DNA from: Candidatus Bathyarchaeota archaeon
GTDB lineage: Archaea > Thermoproteota > Bathyarchaeia > TCS64
Assembly: GCA_963820555.1 (NCBI GenBank)
Contig: CAWGAT010000043.1
Coordinates: forward strand, 1,554-65,553
Direction: 5' to 3'
DNA: 64,000 nt
Shown: in pieces, positions 52,354-62,857 of the stretch
Layout of the letters: every line of letters starts with the position of its first letter
How positions within the stretch are numbered: the first letter of the stretch is position 1
The notes under the pieces: model-generated
What the model saw: the letters and a program-made list of their open reading frames with translations, nothing else
The model's database searches: none
What the model was told of the DNA's origin: nothing
Made by a program: the position numbers and the translations under genes

Positions 52354-53610
52354 ATGCGGTACTCGATAATGGCTATCAACGCCAGGGAGATTCTGGACAG
52401 TAGAGGTAATCCCACGATTGAAGTCGATCTAGCTACAGAGGGTGGGATAAAGGTCTCAGCAGCGGTCCCTAGTGGTGCCTCAACCGGCATATATGAGGCG
52501 GTGGAGCTTCGAGACGGTGGCAAACGCTATGGTGGCAAGGGTGTGACGAAGGCAGTCGAAGCCATCGTCAAGACTATTCAACCAAAGATAGTAGGCGTGG
52601 ATGTCAGGAAGCAGGCTGACATCGACAGCGTTATGATTGAACTCGACGGCACTGAGAACAAGTCCCGTTTAGGCGGCAACGCAATGCTTGGCGTCAGCCT
52701 TGCCTGTGCACGAGCTGCAGCAGCCTCCGATGGCCTCCGCCTCTACGAGTACATAGACAAAGACTCCTCACTCCTTCCTATCCCGTTTTTTAACGTTGTC
52801 AACGGTGGGAAACACGCCGGCACCCAGCTCGACTTCCAGGAGTTCATGATAGCGCCAACAGGGGCCAAAAGCTTCCGCGAAGCCCTCCGAATGGGCGCTG
52901 AGGTCTACCAAGCCCTTAAAAGCCGCCTCCAGAAGGCATACGGGAAGACGTCTATAAACGTCGGAGATGAGGGGGGTTTCGCTCCTCCGGTGAAGACCCC
53001 GGAGGAAGCCCTAGAGGCGCTCTGGGGGGCCATCCAGGAGGCTGGCTATGGGGATGAGGTCAAGATAGGTATGGACGTCGCCTCCAGCACCTTCTACAAG
53101 GACGACGTATACATGGTCGCAGGAGTCAACTACACAACCGACGAGCTGATTGAGCTATATAGGGAGCTTATCGCCGCATACCCCATAATCAGCATCGAGG
53201 ACCCTATACAGGAGGAGGACTACGAGGGCTTTGTTAAGGCGACAAAGCTCCTCCCGGTTCAGGTCGTGGGGGATGACCTCTTCGTCACTAACACCAAGAG
53301 ACTCGCTAAGGGGATTGAGATGGGGGCGTGTAATGCACTCCTCTGGAAGGTGAACCAGATTGGGACCCTAACCGAGGCGCTTGAGGCGGCTAACCTTGCG
53401 AAGAGGAACAGGTACGGCGTAATGGCGTCACACCGCAGCGGTGACACGGAAGACCCGTGGGTTGCCGACCTCTCCGTTGGCATAGGCTGCGGGCAAATCA
53501 AGAGCGGCGCCCCAGCCCGGGGGGAGAGGACTGCGAAGTATAACCAACTCCTCAGGATAGAGGAGTGGCTGGGGGTTAAAGCGAAGTACCCACGGGATCT
53601 TTTCAGTTAG
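52354..53610 (+). CDS. eno: Enolase
   Basis: DSRGNPT, PSGASTG, GDEGGF, SHRSG, KYNQLLRIEE. Confidence 0.98.
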   Translation: MRYSIMAINAREILDSRGNPTIEVDLATEGGIKVSAAVPSGASTGIYEAVELRDGGKRYGGKGVTKAVEAIVKTIQPKIVGVDVRKQADIDSVMIELDGTENKSRLGGNAMLGVSLACARAAAASDGLRLYEYIDKDSSLLPIPFFNVVNGGKHAGTQLDFQEFMIAPTGAKSFREALRMGAEVYQALKSRLQKAYGKTSINVGDEGGFAPPVKTPEEALEALWGAIQEAGYGDEVKIGMDVASSTFYKDDVYMVAGVNYTTDELIELYRELIAAYPIISIEDPIQEEDYEGFVKATKLLPVQVVGDDLFVTNTKRLAKGIEMGACNALLWKVNQIGTLTEALEAANLAKRNRYGVMASHRSGDTEDPWVADLSVGIGCGQIKSGAPARGERTAKYNQLLRIEEWLGVKAKYPRDLFS

Positions 53611-53770
53611 AATCCTCACCCCTTGCCCTAATTGCGTCCTAAAAGGTAAGATTAAACTAAACATCAAATTAGAAAGATTTTCTATACGGTCAGGGTTTGA
53701 GTCGCTGGGTATATAATTGGATGAGCACATCTCGTTGTAGGTTACTAAGTTTGAGGGTACTGCCGCCGAT

Positions 53771-54575
53771 GATTACCGCGAACGTAGCGGAAAGAATTCT
53801 CGGCGGAGCGAGGAAGGTCTCTTTAGACCTTGGATTATCAGACTCTGAGATTACTGTGGCTGGTGACTCCGCAAACCTTCTTGGGCATAAGGTGAAACTC
53901 AATGATCTAAGAGAAATCACTGCTAAAGAGAACGCTGTGTTCTTTCCCGAGGGCGGCTTTGTATTTCAAGTAGCCATTTCGTCCGGGAGGTTCTACAAGC
54001 TTGTCCCCACCGCGGGGGCACCCACCCTTGAAATAGACGGGGTTAGGATGCACAGGACTAAGGATACGACGCCCGATAAGGACACTGAGGAGAAGCTTCG
54101 CGTGCTCGGAGTGTGTGGGGGGAGGGTTCTTGATACCTGTATGGGCCTAGGATACACGGCGATAGGCGCCCTAGATAGAGGGGCGGAGGTCGTCGTCTCT
54201 GATGAGAAAGAGTCACCCGTAGTCAGGGTGGCGCAGATGAATCCGTGGTCAAGTCGTCTTTTCGAGGGGAATATCAAACTATTACTCAGTGATAGCTTCT
54301 TCGCTGTGGATGCGTTACCCCAGGGGTTCTTTGATTGGGTGATACACGACCCGCCACGTCTCACCCATGCGGGGGCGCTCTATAGCGAGGAGTTCTACAA
54401 GAAGTTGTATGGTGTGATGTCGGTGGGCGGGCGGCTCTTCCACTACACTGGGGAGCCGAGGTCCCGTTACAGGGGTGTTGATCTCCAGAGGGGGGTTCAG
54501 AGCCGACTCAAGGCAGTCGGCTTCAAAGGGACTGAGTATCACTCCGGCGTGATGGGGATAACCTGTGAGAAGTGA
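53771..54575 (+). CDS. Class I SAM-dependent methyltransferase
   Basis: PTLEIDG.RMH, VLDTCMGLGYTA, HDPPR; start uncertain. Confidence 0.85.
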
Positions 54576-54581
54576 CTAGTC

Positions 54582-55598
54582 TTAGCCGAGGATTCTGAAC
54601 AGTTCGTCCTGACGAACAGGGTCTATCGTTTTCTGGGTTCCATCGGATTCGGTGATTACCCTTCCTTCGGAATTCTCCTTCACCTCGCCTATGATGGAGG
54701 CCTGGACGCTGATGCTCTCTAGGGCATCGAGCACCTTTCCGACGCTCGACTCACTAACCGCTATCAATAAGGAGCCTGAGCTGAGGAGTTTAAGCGGGTC
54801 GACTCCGAGTGTCTCAGAGATGATGCTCGTCTCGGGGGCTACAGGTATGAGGTTCTCCTCCACGCTAAGTCCGACTCTTGCTGCAGCCCCCATCTCGTAG
54901 AGTCCATTTAGGACTCCGCCCTCAGTGGGTGTGTGCATCGAGTGGACGCCGCCGGTCTCCACGGCTTTTAGGGCTTCAGGGACGATGCTGATGGCGTCGA
55001 TCATTCTGCGCGCCCTCTGCAGGGTCTTCGGGTCGACTTTCCTCTTGAGCTTCTCTTCCAGGTCGGAGGCGAGGATGCTCGTCCCCTCCAGCCCCGCTGT
55101 CTTCGTGAGTATGATCCTATCCCCTGGCTTCGCTCCGCTAGTGGTGACATACCTGTTCTTCGGGGCTTCACCCATCATGAAGCCGGATACTATTGGTCTC
55201 TCCAACCCGGCGACGCACTCGGTGTGGCCTCCGATTAGCTGGACCCCGAGCTCGGTACAGGCCCGATTTATCTCCTCCATTATATTCTCTAGCTTCGCCT
55301 CGGTGCAGCCCTCGGGGAGGAGGATGGTGTTCATGAACCAGAGGGGCTTTGCGCCGCGGGCGGCGACATCGTTGGCGTTGACGTGGACGGCGAGTCTTCC
55401 TATGTTCACCTCAGCTCCTGTGATGGGGTTCGCCTTCGCGACGAGGACCTTGGCCCCCATGTCTATGATCGATGCGTCTTCACCGACCGCGGCCCCCCTG
55501 ATTACTCTCTCGGATGGTACGCCGAGACGGTTGAAGACGCATCGCTTGAGAACATCGTTGGGCACTTTACCAGTGCGGAGTCTACTGTTTGGGGGCAT
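54582..55598 (-). CDS. AIR synthase / HypE-like protein
   Basis: GED, NANDVAARGA.P, IGGHTE, TEGG. Confidence 0.88.
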   Translation of the reverse strand: MPPNSRLRTGKVPNDVLKRCVFNRLGVPSERVIRGAAVGEDASIIDMGAKVLVAKANPITGAEVNIGRLAVHVNANDVAARGAKPLWFMNTILLPEGCTEAKLENIMEEINRACTELGVQLIGGHTECVAGLERPIVSGFMMGEAPKNRYVTTSGAKPGDRIILTKTAGLEGTSILASDLEEKLKRKVDPKTLQRARRMIDAISIVPEALKAVETGGVHSMHTPTEGGVLNGLYEMGAAARVGLSVEENLIPVAPETSIISETLGVDPLKLLSSGSLLIAVSESSVGKVLDALESISVQASIIGEVKENSEGRVITESDGTQKTIDPVRQDELFRILG

Positions 55599-55669
55599 TC
55601 TCGGGTCATTTCTCTATTGGTTGGGTGGCTGTTTAAAGGTTTCAAAACGGTTCACTTTCACTCACCTCT

Positions 55670-55692
55670 CCACAGTTGATCCGCTGGAACCT
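55670..55692 (-). promoter_or_regulatory. Possible ORB-like Orc1/Cdc6 binding site
   Basis: Minus strand GTTCCAGCGGAT resembles ORB core TTCCAGTGGAAA; ~55 bp upstream of cdc6; single imperfect copy. Confidence 0.3.
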
Positions 55693-55743
55693 ACGTAAAG
55701 CATAAATCCGCACCCGGGGAGCCCCTCACGGGGGAGACCATCC

Positions 55744-56917
55744 TTGAGCGACCAGAGACTCATCAGTAGACGAGGGCATACTCGACATCAACTACATCCC
55801 GTCCAAGCTACTGCACAGGGAGGAGCAGATGCGCGCCCTCAGGCTCACCTACGACTTCATGCTCTCGGCACCCTATGAGATGAGCCAGAGAGCCATCATA
55901 ATCGGCGGGGTCGGCTCCGGGAAGACCGCACTCGCCCGCGTCTTCGGCAAGTGGCTCAGGGACGAGGCGAAGAGGAAGAGGCTCAGGGTCGACTACGTCC
56001 ACGTCAACTGCAGGGAGCTCAGGGGGAGCCTCTTCATGGTCCTCCGCAGGGTCGTGAAGACGCTGCGCCCCGAGTTCCCCGAGAGGGGCTATGCCCCAAA
56101 CGAGCTCATTGAGACCCTGATGCAGCTCCTCAGCGAGGACAACGGGCAGCTCCTCCTCTGCCTCGACGAGGTGGACGCACTAATAGACACGGAGGGGAGC
56201 GATGCCCTCTATCAGCTCACCCGCGTCCACGAGACCCAGCCCGACTCCCCACGCCGACTCAGCCTCCTCCTGATCACCAAGGACCGCGGAGTCTTCGAGA
56301 AGCTCGACAGGAGCACTCTGAGCAGCCTCCAGAGGAACCTCATAGAGATGCCCGAGTACTCTACGCCGCAGCTCTCCGACATCGTCGCGGCTCGCGCCGA
56401 GGCGGCCTTCAGGAAGGGGGCGGTTCCCCTCGAGGTGGTGGACTTCATAGCGGAGCTCGCCTCCTCGGAGAACGGGGACGCCCGCTGCGCCATAGACCTC
56501 CTCTGGGGGGCGGGGAAGAAGGCAGAGATGGACGGGGCACCCCAGGTCAGACCCGAGCACGTGCGCCAGGTCTCGCCCGGCGTCCTCTCCCCGGTGAAGA
56601 AGGAGGGGATGAACCACCTCAGCCTCCACGAGAGGCTAACCCTCCTCTCCGTGGCCCGATTCTTCCGCAACAGCACGGCCCCCCACGCCACCACGGGTGA
56701 GGTGGAGCAGCTCTACAGGGTCGCGTGCGAGGAGCGCGGCGAGGCGCCGCGCGCCCACACCCAGTTCTGGAAGTACCTCGAGAACCTCAAGGCCACGGGG
56801 ATAATCACCTCGAAGGTCGACTCCGGTAGTCAGGGGCGCACCCAGCTCATAACCCTGGGGAAGGTCTCCGCCGAGGACCTCGAACGGGAGGTGCTTAAGG
56901 GATTTGAGCAGAAGTAG
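55744..56917 (+). CDS. cdc6: Cdc6/Orc1 replication initiator (frameshift near 55765)
   Basis: DINYIP.KLLHRE; GGVGSGKT; VHVNC; LDEVD; GDAR.AIDLL; C-terminal wHTH. Confidence 0.93.
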
Positions 56918-57197
56918 AACCCAGGCGGAGGAGCTCCTCGGCAGCCGGGGGCGCATAAGGACCCTGCAGATCCTCGCGGAGAGCGGAGAGCTGAACATAA
57001 GCGAGGTGAGCCGCCGCACCGGGCTCAACTACACGAGCGTCGAGAGGCACCTCGCGAAGCTGGTGAAGCTCGGCCTCGTCAAGGAGAAGCGATACGGGAA
57101 GATCAGGATATTCCAGACCCTCTTCCACACCCTGACCATAAGGTTCGAGAAGGGGGGCACCCTCGCCCTGGAGCTGGTCCAAGCGAAGGAGGAGTAG
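56904..57197 (+). CDS. Winged-HTH regulator downstream of cdc6
   Basis: ELNISEVSRRTGLNY..V..HL..L...GLV.E.RYG.IRIF. Confidence 0.85.
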   Translation: MSRSRTQAEELLGSRGRIRTLQILAESGELNISEVSRRTGLNYTSVERHLAKLVKLGLVKEKRYGKIRIFQTLFHTLTIRFEKGGTLALELVQAKEE

Positions 57198-57511
57198 CTC
57201 CGCCAGCTTGTGGGTCAGATAACGAAAGAAAAATGTCAATCCCATGGAGTAGGTCACATCAGCGGGTGTCCCCGTGGTAACTAGTATCTCTACGCGTTCG
57301 TGAGTTTATCCTTCCCCTTCTACGGGCGGTTTCTTTCAGTTCGCGTCCGCCGCTTCGATGTACCTTTTCTTCAAAGACATCAAGCCTCCGGAGGAGAGAA
57401 AAAGGATAACGATCCCGGCACTGAAGAGGACTCCGTTAGTTAGAGTGTGCATTAATCGACTTGAGGAGACCGCGCAACGAATTTATATCCCCTCCCCCCG
57501 GATAGGATGCC

Positions 57512-57781
57512 ATGTCCACAGTGCACAAGCAGAGGAAGAATGTCCGAGACCGTCTGGTCAGGGCGGAGGGACATATCCGGGGCATCATTAAGATGATAGA
57601 TGAGGAGAAAGAGTGCCCCGATATCCTCATTCAAATCGGCGCCGTCAAGGCCGCCCTCGAGAAAACGAGTGTGATAATCCTCGAGGACCACATCGAGCAC
57701 TGCCTAATTGAGGCCGTAAAATCCGGTGATATCGAATCCCAGCTGCAGGAACTGAAGACGGCGCTCCATAAACAGATCTAG
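57512..57781 (+). CDS. CsoR/RcnR metal-sensing repressor
   Basis: RL.RAEGH.RGI..M...C.DILIQI.AV..AL...H...C. Confidence 0.93.
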   Translation: MSTVHKQRKNVRDRLVRAEGHIRGIIKMIDEEKECPDILIQIGAVKAALEKTSVIILEDHIEHCLIEAVKSGDIESQLQELKTALHKQI

Positions 57782-57789
57782 GTGATGAC

Positions 57790-59625
57790 ATGGCCGCGAA
57801 TTGGAAGAAGGCAATACTAGCCCTCAGCGTCTTATTGGCCGCAGTCAGTTGGCTGAGTCAGATCTTCAGCCTCCTACCCTTAGAAACCTCTACGATGATC
57901 GGTATGATCGCAGCGGGTCTCGGCGCGATCTTCATAGGTCACAGCGCTTTTCGGGCGCTGCTCGAGGGTAACTTTGGCATTGACATACTCGCGACTTTTG
58001 CCGTAGTCGCCTCTATCTACGTCGGGGAATATGTCGCTGCAGCTGTTGTGGTCTTGATGTTGGGTGGAGGCGAGATTCTGGAGGACTACACGAGCGGTAG
58101 GGCGTCGGTAGCGATCCAGAAACTTGTGGAGGAGTCGCCAAAGACTGCAACCGTCATTCGGGATGGTAAGGAGATGGATGTCTTTATCTCCGAGGTGCGG
58201 ATAGGGGAGACCGTCGTAGTGAAACCTGGGGGCAAGATCCCCGTCGATGGGTTAGTTAAGGCTGGCAAAGCCTCAGTCAACCAGGCGTCGATTACTGGCG
58301 AGTCTATGCCTGTTGAACGTGGTGTCGGTGAGAAGGTGTTCGGGGGCACCATTATTGAGCTGGGGAGCCTCGACGTCGAGGTGACCGCCGTCGGTGAGGA
58401 GAGCACTTACGGCAAGATAATCAAGATGGTTGAGGAAGCTGAGGAGCATAAGGCGCCGATCGAGCGTACCGCAGATAGGTACGCTAAGTACTTCACGCCT
58501 ATCATCCTCGGCCTGGGTGTAATAGTCTACATAGTTACTGGAAGTCTTCTCAGGGTCGCGGCGTTATGGGTCATTGCGTGCCCCTGCAGCTTAACGCTCG
58601 CTACACCCATGGCCGTCGTTGCGAGTATCGGTAACTCGGCTCGTAAGGGTATCCTGATTCGTAATGGTGAGAGCTTAGAGAGACTGAGCAGCGTCGATAT
58701 CCTAGCCCTCGACAAGACGGGCACAATAACTACTGGTCACCCCGAGGTCGTTGCGATAAAGGGATTCAACGCGGAGGAGAGCGTTGTCCTCGGTGTCGCC
58801 GCCTCGGCGGAGGGGAGATCCGAGCACCCGCTGGCCCAGGCCATCTTGAAGAGGGCTGATGAGGCTGGAGTGGAAATGGATGACCCTCAGAGTCTATCGA
58901 TGGAACCTGGTCTAGGTGTCCGAGCGGAGACGAAAGCCGGGATCATCCTAGTCGGCAACGATAAGCTCCTCACCAAACACGGTGTAAAACTAACCAAAGC
59001 GGCCTTAGAGTACTCATCATCGGTTGAGTCAAATAGAACTCTTATTTACGTGGCTCAGGGCAGACGCCTACTGGGCGCTATTGAGGTAGCGGATACCGTT
59101 CGAGGTGACCTTGCGGGCACCTTCAAAGAGGCTAAGAAGTACGTGAAGAGAACGATAATGCTCACTGGCGACAACGAGTCCGTAGCGAGGACGATTGGCA
59201 CGCAGGTCGGTGTCGATGAAGTGCTCTTCAACTTGCTTCCCGAGCAGAAGGTTGAGAAGATCAAGGAGTTCAAGTCTCAGGGTTACAGGGTCGCCATGAT
59301 CGGTGACGGTGTGAATGACGCCCCGGCTCTGGCTACTAGCGACGTCGGGATCGCTATGGGTCTGAGGGGCACAGACGTGGCCATCGAGACAGCGGGTATT
59401 GTCCTCGCGACGGACGATCTAAGGCGGATCCCTAAGCTACTGAGGATCGGTAGATCGACTATGACTGTCATCAAGCAAAACCTCGTCTTCGCTATGGCCG
59501 TGAACGTTATAGGTATATGGCTGAGCGTCACGGGCATCATTCCGCCTCTAGTCGCCTCGATCATCCACGAGAGCAACGCTCTAACAGTGATGCTGAATTC
59601 ACTTCGTCTTCTCCAAGTCGATTAA
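57790..59625 (+). CDS. P1B-type heavy-metal-translocating ATPase
   Basis: TGES, CPC, DKTGT, SEHP, TGDN, GDGVND; no N-terminal metal-binding domain. Confidence 0.96.
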   Translation: MAANWKKAILALSVLLAAVSWLSQIFSLLPLETSTMIGMIAAGLGAIFIGHSAFRALLEGNFGIDILATFAVVASIYVGEYVAAAVVVLMLGGGEILEDYTSGRASVAIQKLVEESPKTATVIRDGKEMDVFISEVRIGETVVVKPGGKIPVDGLVKAGKASVNQASITGESMPVERGVGEKVFGGTIIELGSLDVEVTAVGEESTYGKIIKMVEEAEEHKAPIERTADRYAKYFTPIILGLGVIVYIVTGSLLRVAALWVIACPCSLTLATPMAVVASIGNSARKGILIRNGESLERLSSVDILALDKTGTITTGHPEVVAIKGFNAEESVVLGVAASAEGRSEHPLAQAILKRADEAGVEMDDPQSLSMEPGLGVRAETKAGIILVGNDKLLTKHGVKLTKAALEYSSSVESNRTLIYVAQGRRLLGAIEVADTVRGDLAGTFKEAKKYVKRTIMLTGDNESVARTIGTQVGVDEVLFNLLPEQKVEKIKEFKSQGYRVAMIGDGVNDAPALATSDVGIAMGLRGTDVAIETAGIVLATDDLRRIPKLLRIGRSTMTVIKQNLVFAMAVNVIGIWLSVTGIIPPLVASIIHESNALTVMLNSLRLLQVD

Positions 59626-59740
59626 ACCCTTTTTTATTGGGGCTAAGAGTCCTCTCATCGACGTCTATACTCTGGCTTACTCCTCGGTGGATGTAATCTG
59701 AGTCGTTATATTCTCTTCACCCTTACCTTGTGTGGTCTAG

Positions 59741-60148
59741 ATGGTTGCTGAGATTCCTTCGAGCCACGCCGATCTGCTGCGAAGCACCGTGGACGTCGTC
59801 CTCACGACGATCTCCTCGAAGGGCTATCCACAGAGTACTTTGATCTGGTGTGGCTTCGATGGGACTCATGTACTCCTCAACACCGGTATCGGGTATCAGA
59901 AGGAGAGGAACATCCGGAGGGACTCGAGGGTCTCCGTCTTCGCTGTCGATCCTACTAATAAAATGAGGTGGATTGAGGTTCAGGGGGACGCGGAGCTCAT
60001 CGAGGAGGGCGCCCTCGAGCACCTGAACAGGCTATCAAACGCATACAGGGGTAAGGACTTCTACGAGTTGATGCCCGAGCTCAATGGTAAGGAGGCTAGA
60101 GTGATAATCAGGGTGACCCCCGTAAGGGTACACGTCGGTAGGGGGTAA
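59741..60148 (+). CDS. PPOX class F420-dependent oxidoreductase
   Basis: T....G.PQST.IW...K.RNIRRD.RVSV. Confidence 0.88.
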   Translation: MVAEIPSSHADLLRSTVDVVLTTISSKGYPQSTLIWCGFDGTHVLLNTGIGYQKERNIRRDSRVSVFAVDPTNKMRWIEVQGDAELIEEGALEHLNRLSNAYRGKDFYELMPELNGKEARVIIRVTPVRVHVGRG

Positions 60149-60210
60149 TTTCTTTGCCCTAAACAGGCTCATTGCGCAAATATCATTATCTCTTACAAGT
60201 AGCCGATAAG

Positions 60211-60288
60211 CACCTGTGGCTGGATATTTCTCTCTTGCTTTGGAGTATAAGAAAAAATCATGGGTTTTACATCAGTGGCTGGGCATTT
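60211..60288 (+). repeat. Dispersed ~80 bp non-coding element, copy 2
   Basis: CTGTGG at 60214, TAAGAAAAAATCATGGGTTTTAC at 60248, CAGTGGCTGGGCATTT at 60273; same spacings as copy 1. Confidence 0.75.
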
Positions 60289-60384
60289 AATTCCCTGTAG
60301 CTAGGTTTAGCGATTTTTTCATTCCTGTTATCGTGTGTTAAATAGCTCATTTTTTTATACTTGATAGTGTCTCAGAATGTCCCT

Positions 60385-60753
60385 ATGGTGCATGACCAAC
60401 CCATTCTATTAGTTGAGAACAATGAAAGAGAAGCCAATCTATTGAGGTTATTACTAGAGAGTGATGGAATCAGAGTTGACACTGCATATAGTGGCTGGGC
60501 CGCTGTTGAGAAGATTAAGGTCAAAAAATTTGGATTGGCCGTTTTAGATTTCGCGCTGCCCGATATGAAGGGGGATGAGTTGGTCGAGATGATCAAATCG
60601 GAGGATCCTAAGATGGGGGTTATTTTGCTTACAGGATTCAAGTCGGCCATTGATCCGAGTAGGTTGAAGAAGTTTGATTATGTTTTAGAAAAACCAGTTG
60701 ACCCCAAAAAGATTTTCGAAGCAGTGAAGTTTATTGAAAATTCTACAAGGTGA
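60385..60753 (+). CDS. Single-domain response regulator
   Basis: ILLVEN, VLD..LPDM.G, LTG, KP; start uncertain. Confidence 0.9.
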   Translation: MVHDQPILLVENNEREANLLRLLLESDGIRVDTAYSGWAAVEKIKVKKFGLAVLDFALPDMKGDELVEMIKSEDPKMGVILLTGFKSAIDPSRLKKFDYVLEKPVDPKKIFEAVKFIENSTR

Positions 60754-60966
60754 GATTGAGTAGCCTTCAGGACTGGATTTTCAGATGCCGGCACATCTCT
60801 AATGAATGTCTTTGGCTACACGCGCGATTTAGTGAAGGATAGTTTTTTTCAATTAAATATGACTATGGAGCTCTCATGGGGTTACAAGACTTTGAGAAAA
60901 ACTAGCGGATAAGGAGGGGTTACTAAAAACACTTGAGCTTAAGAGAATTTCCCCTGCTACAACGCA

Positions 60967-61248
60967 TTGCATAAAATGAATGTGGAGTCCGGGGGGACTG
61001 TTGTACTCGTTAACCAGAGTGAAGTCATTGAAGTTATGAAAAATGTTCCTGAGAGAAAAAGCATAACGATAGTTAAGATCTGTAAGAAGACTGCCCGTAG
61101 CCATAATGTCAAGAGCTGCTGTTCTCTGACGTCAGGAATCTTCATTATGACAGCTGTGAATGCGGCTGAGGAAGCCGTTAAGGAAGACAAAAACTTAGGT
61201 ATCCCTTACTGGCGAACACTAAAGGTTGGTGGTTTCTTAAATGCATAG
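60967..61248 (+). CDS. Hypothetical protein
   Basis: 93-aa ORF, no motif recognised. Confidence 0.25.
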   Translation: MHKMNVESGGTVVLVNQSEVIEVMKNVPERKSITIVKICKKTARSHNVKSCCSLTSGIFIMTAVNAAEEAVKEDKNLGIPYWRTLKVGGFLNA

Positions 61249-61520
61249 TATCTCGGAGGGGAAGAAGCTCATAGGAGACTCTTTGAGGGTGGGGTCATGT
61301 GGTGGTTAAGAAAGGAAGCCGATTTCGGGTAGTTGACTTCGAGAAGAAATTAGTCGAAATCTAGAAGACAAGTTACTCTACAAAAAAAGACTGATTGCAG
61401 AAATCACCGTATTCTAATCTCCATTCACTTAGGGGGAGACCCCTCTATGGGTTGTTGAGTGAGTTTTTATATTGAAAGGGGATTCCTCGTGGTTTGAGGT
61501 TACTTATAGTATATGATAAT

Positions 61521-61598
61521 TCCTAGTGGGGTAGTCGAAATTCCCTGTAGGTACGGTATTTGAGAAAAAAATAATTTCGCACCCGTGGCTAGGAATTT
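61521..61598 (+). repeat. Degenerate third copy of the ~80 bp element
   Basis: TAGTGG at 61524, GAGAAAAAA at 61562, CCGTGGCTAGGAATTT at 61583. Confidence 0.5.
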
Positions 61599-61805
61599 GC
61601 GACGTAGGAGAGGGATTCATCGAGAGTTCGACGCGGTTAGCTGGCTGTTGATACTCAGTAGGACAGTATCTCGTTTTTCCACTTTCTTATTTGATGTCCT
61701 AATTTTTTAGATGTACGATTTATTAAACTGCGAATGTCCAATGATTACTCCGGTCATATGTCCTCATAAACTTCAAATTGAAACCGCGTTAATTATTAGT
61801 TAGAT

Positions 61806-62390
61806 ATGAATGTTCTTGTGGTAGATCTTGAGACCGGGAACCTCGACCCCGCTGCCGACAATTTTCAGCCCGAGAACTGCATGATCTGCGAGGTTGGCGT
61901 CGCAGGACTCGATCTCGACTCAGGTAAAGTCGATTTGTTGGTTGACAGTGTCTGTCGTGAAGGGGAGATGTGTAACCCCCGCTCGTGGGTGTTTCAGAAC
62001 ACATCGCTGACCCATGTGGAAGTTGAAAAAGCAGTTCCGCTCAAGGGGCTCCGTGGACAGCTTCAAGGGTTGTTTGATCATGGTGTCCCCGTCACCTCGT
62101 GGGGACACGACTTCGATCTACGACTCCTCGAGCACAGCTCACGGGGATTCAAGGTCCCTGTGAGGTTCTGGGATCCCTTAACGACGCTGGCGGGTTACTT
62201 GAAAATCCCAAACCCGTTGGGTGGGTACAAGTGGCCTAGTGTCGAGGAAGCCCATCAATATCTCTTCCCCGGCAAATCCTACTCTGCGTCTCACAGGGCG
62301 GGTGTCGACGCCGTGGTCGAGGCGAGAATTATATACGAGGCAATCTATAGATGGCCGGAACTCGGAAAGGACTGGCGCTGCTATTTGTAG
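61806..62390 (+). CDS. DEDDh 3'-5' exonuclease (DnaQ-like)
   Basis: VDLETG, FD, H.A..DA. Confidence 0.85.
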   Translation: MNVLVVDLETGNLDPAADNFQPENCMICEVGVAGLDLDSGKVDLLVDSVCREGEMCNPRSWVFQNTSLTHVEVEKAVPLKGLRGQLQGLFDHGVPVTSWGHDFDLRLLEHSSRGFKVPVRFWDPLTTLAGYLKIPNPLGGYKWPSVEEAHQYLFPGKSYSASHRAGVDAVVEARIIYEAIYRWPELGKDWRCYL

Positions 62391-62567
62391 CTTTAATTTT
62401 TTTTTTATATCGTCCTCAATAAGCCATTTTTGTATCGAATTTAGAAATATTATTATAATTCGATATATTAGGCGCCCGTGTGGAATTATGGTATTATTTA
62501 CATATTTTTAGATAATTATTCAGGTATATATACCGCGGAACCGCTTGTTAGTAAAGGAGAAAACATC

Positions 62568-62857
62568 ATGAATATAAGATTAGTCCAGTTCAGCCTCGGC
62601 CCCGGAAAGCGCTCAGTAGCAGAGCGATAGCTGATAAAGTCGTGCCTGCCATCCGAGCGCAAAAAGGGTGCGATAGATGTGAATTCTACGCTGATAATGA
62701 AGGTGGCGACTATGGAATCGTCGTCCTATGGGCGTCGAAACAAGCTGCTGATGCAGCCTATTTAGTGATCAGCCCCATTTTGATGCCAGCCTTAGCAGAC
62801 GCCAAGGGAACGCCGAGTATACGCCTATTTGATGTATACGAGCCGAAGAAAAAGTAA
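62568..62857 (+). CDS. ABM (antibiotic biosynthesis monooxygenase)-like protein, frameshift near 62626
   Basis: AGGAG RBS; F...PGK...P.IRAQKG...LW.SK.AADA. Confidence 0.65.

Noticed and set aside
54925-55698. Long antisense ORF (and similar shadow ORFs elsewhere)
   Set aside because: Overlaps a well-supported gene on the opposite strand; codon-bias artefact.
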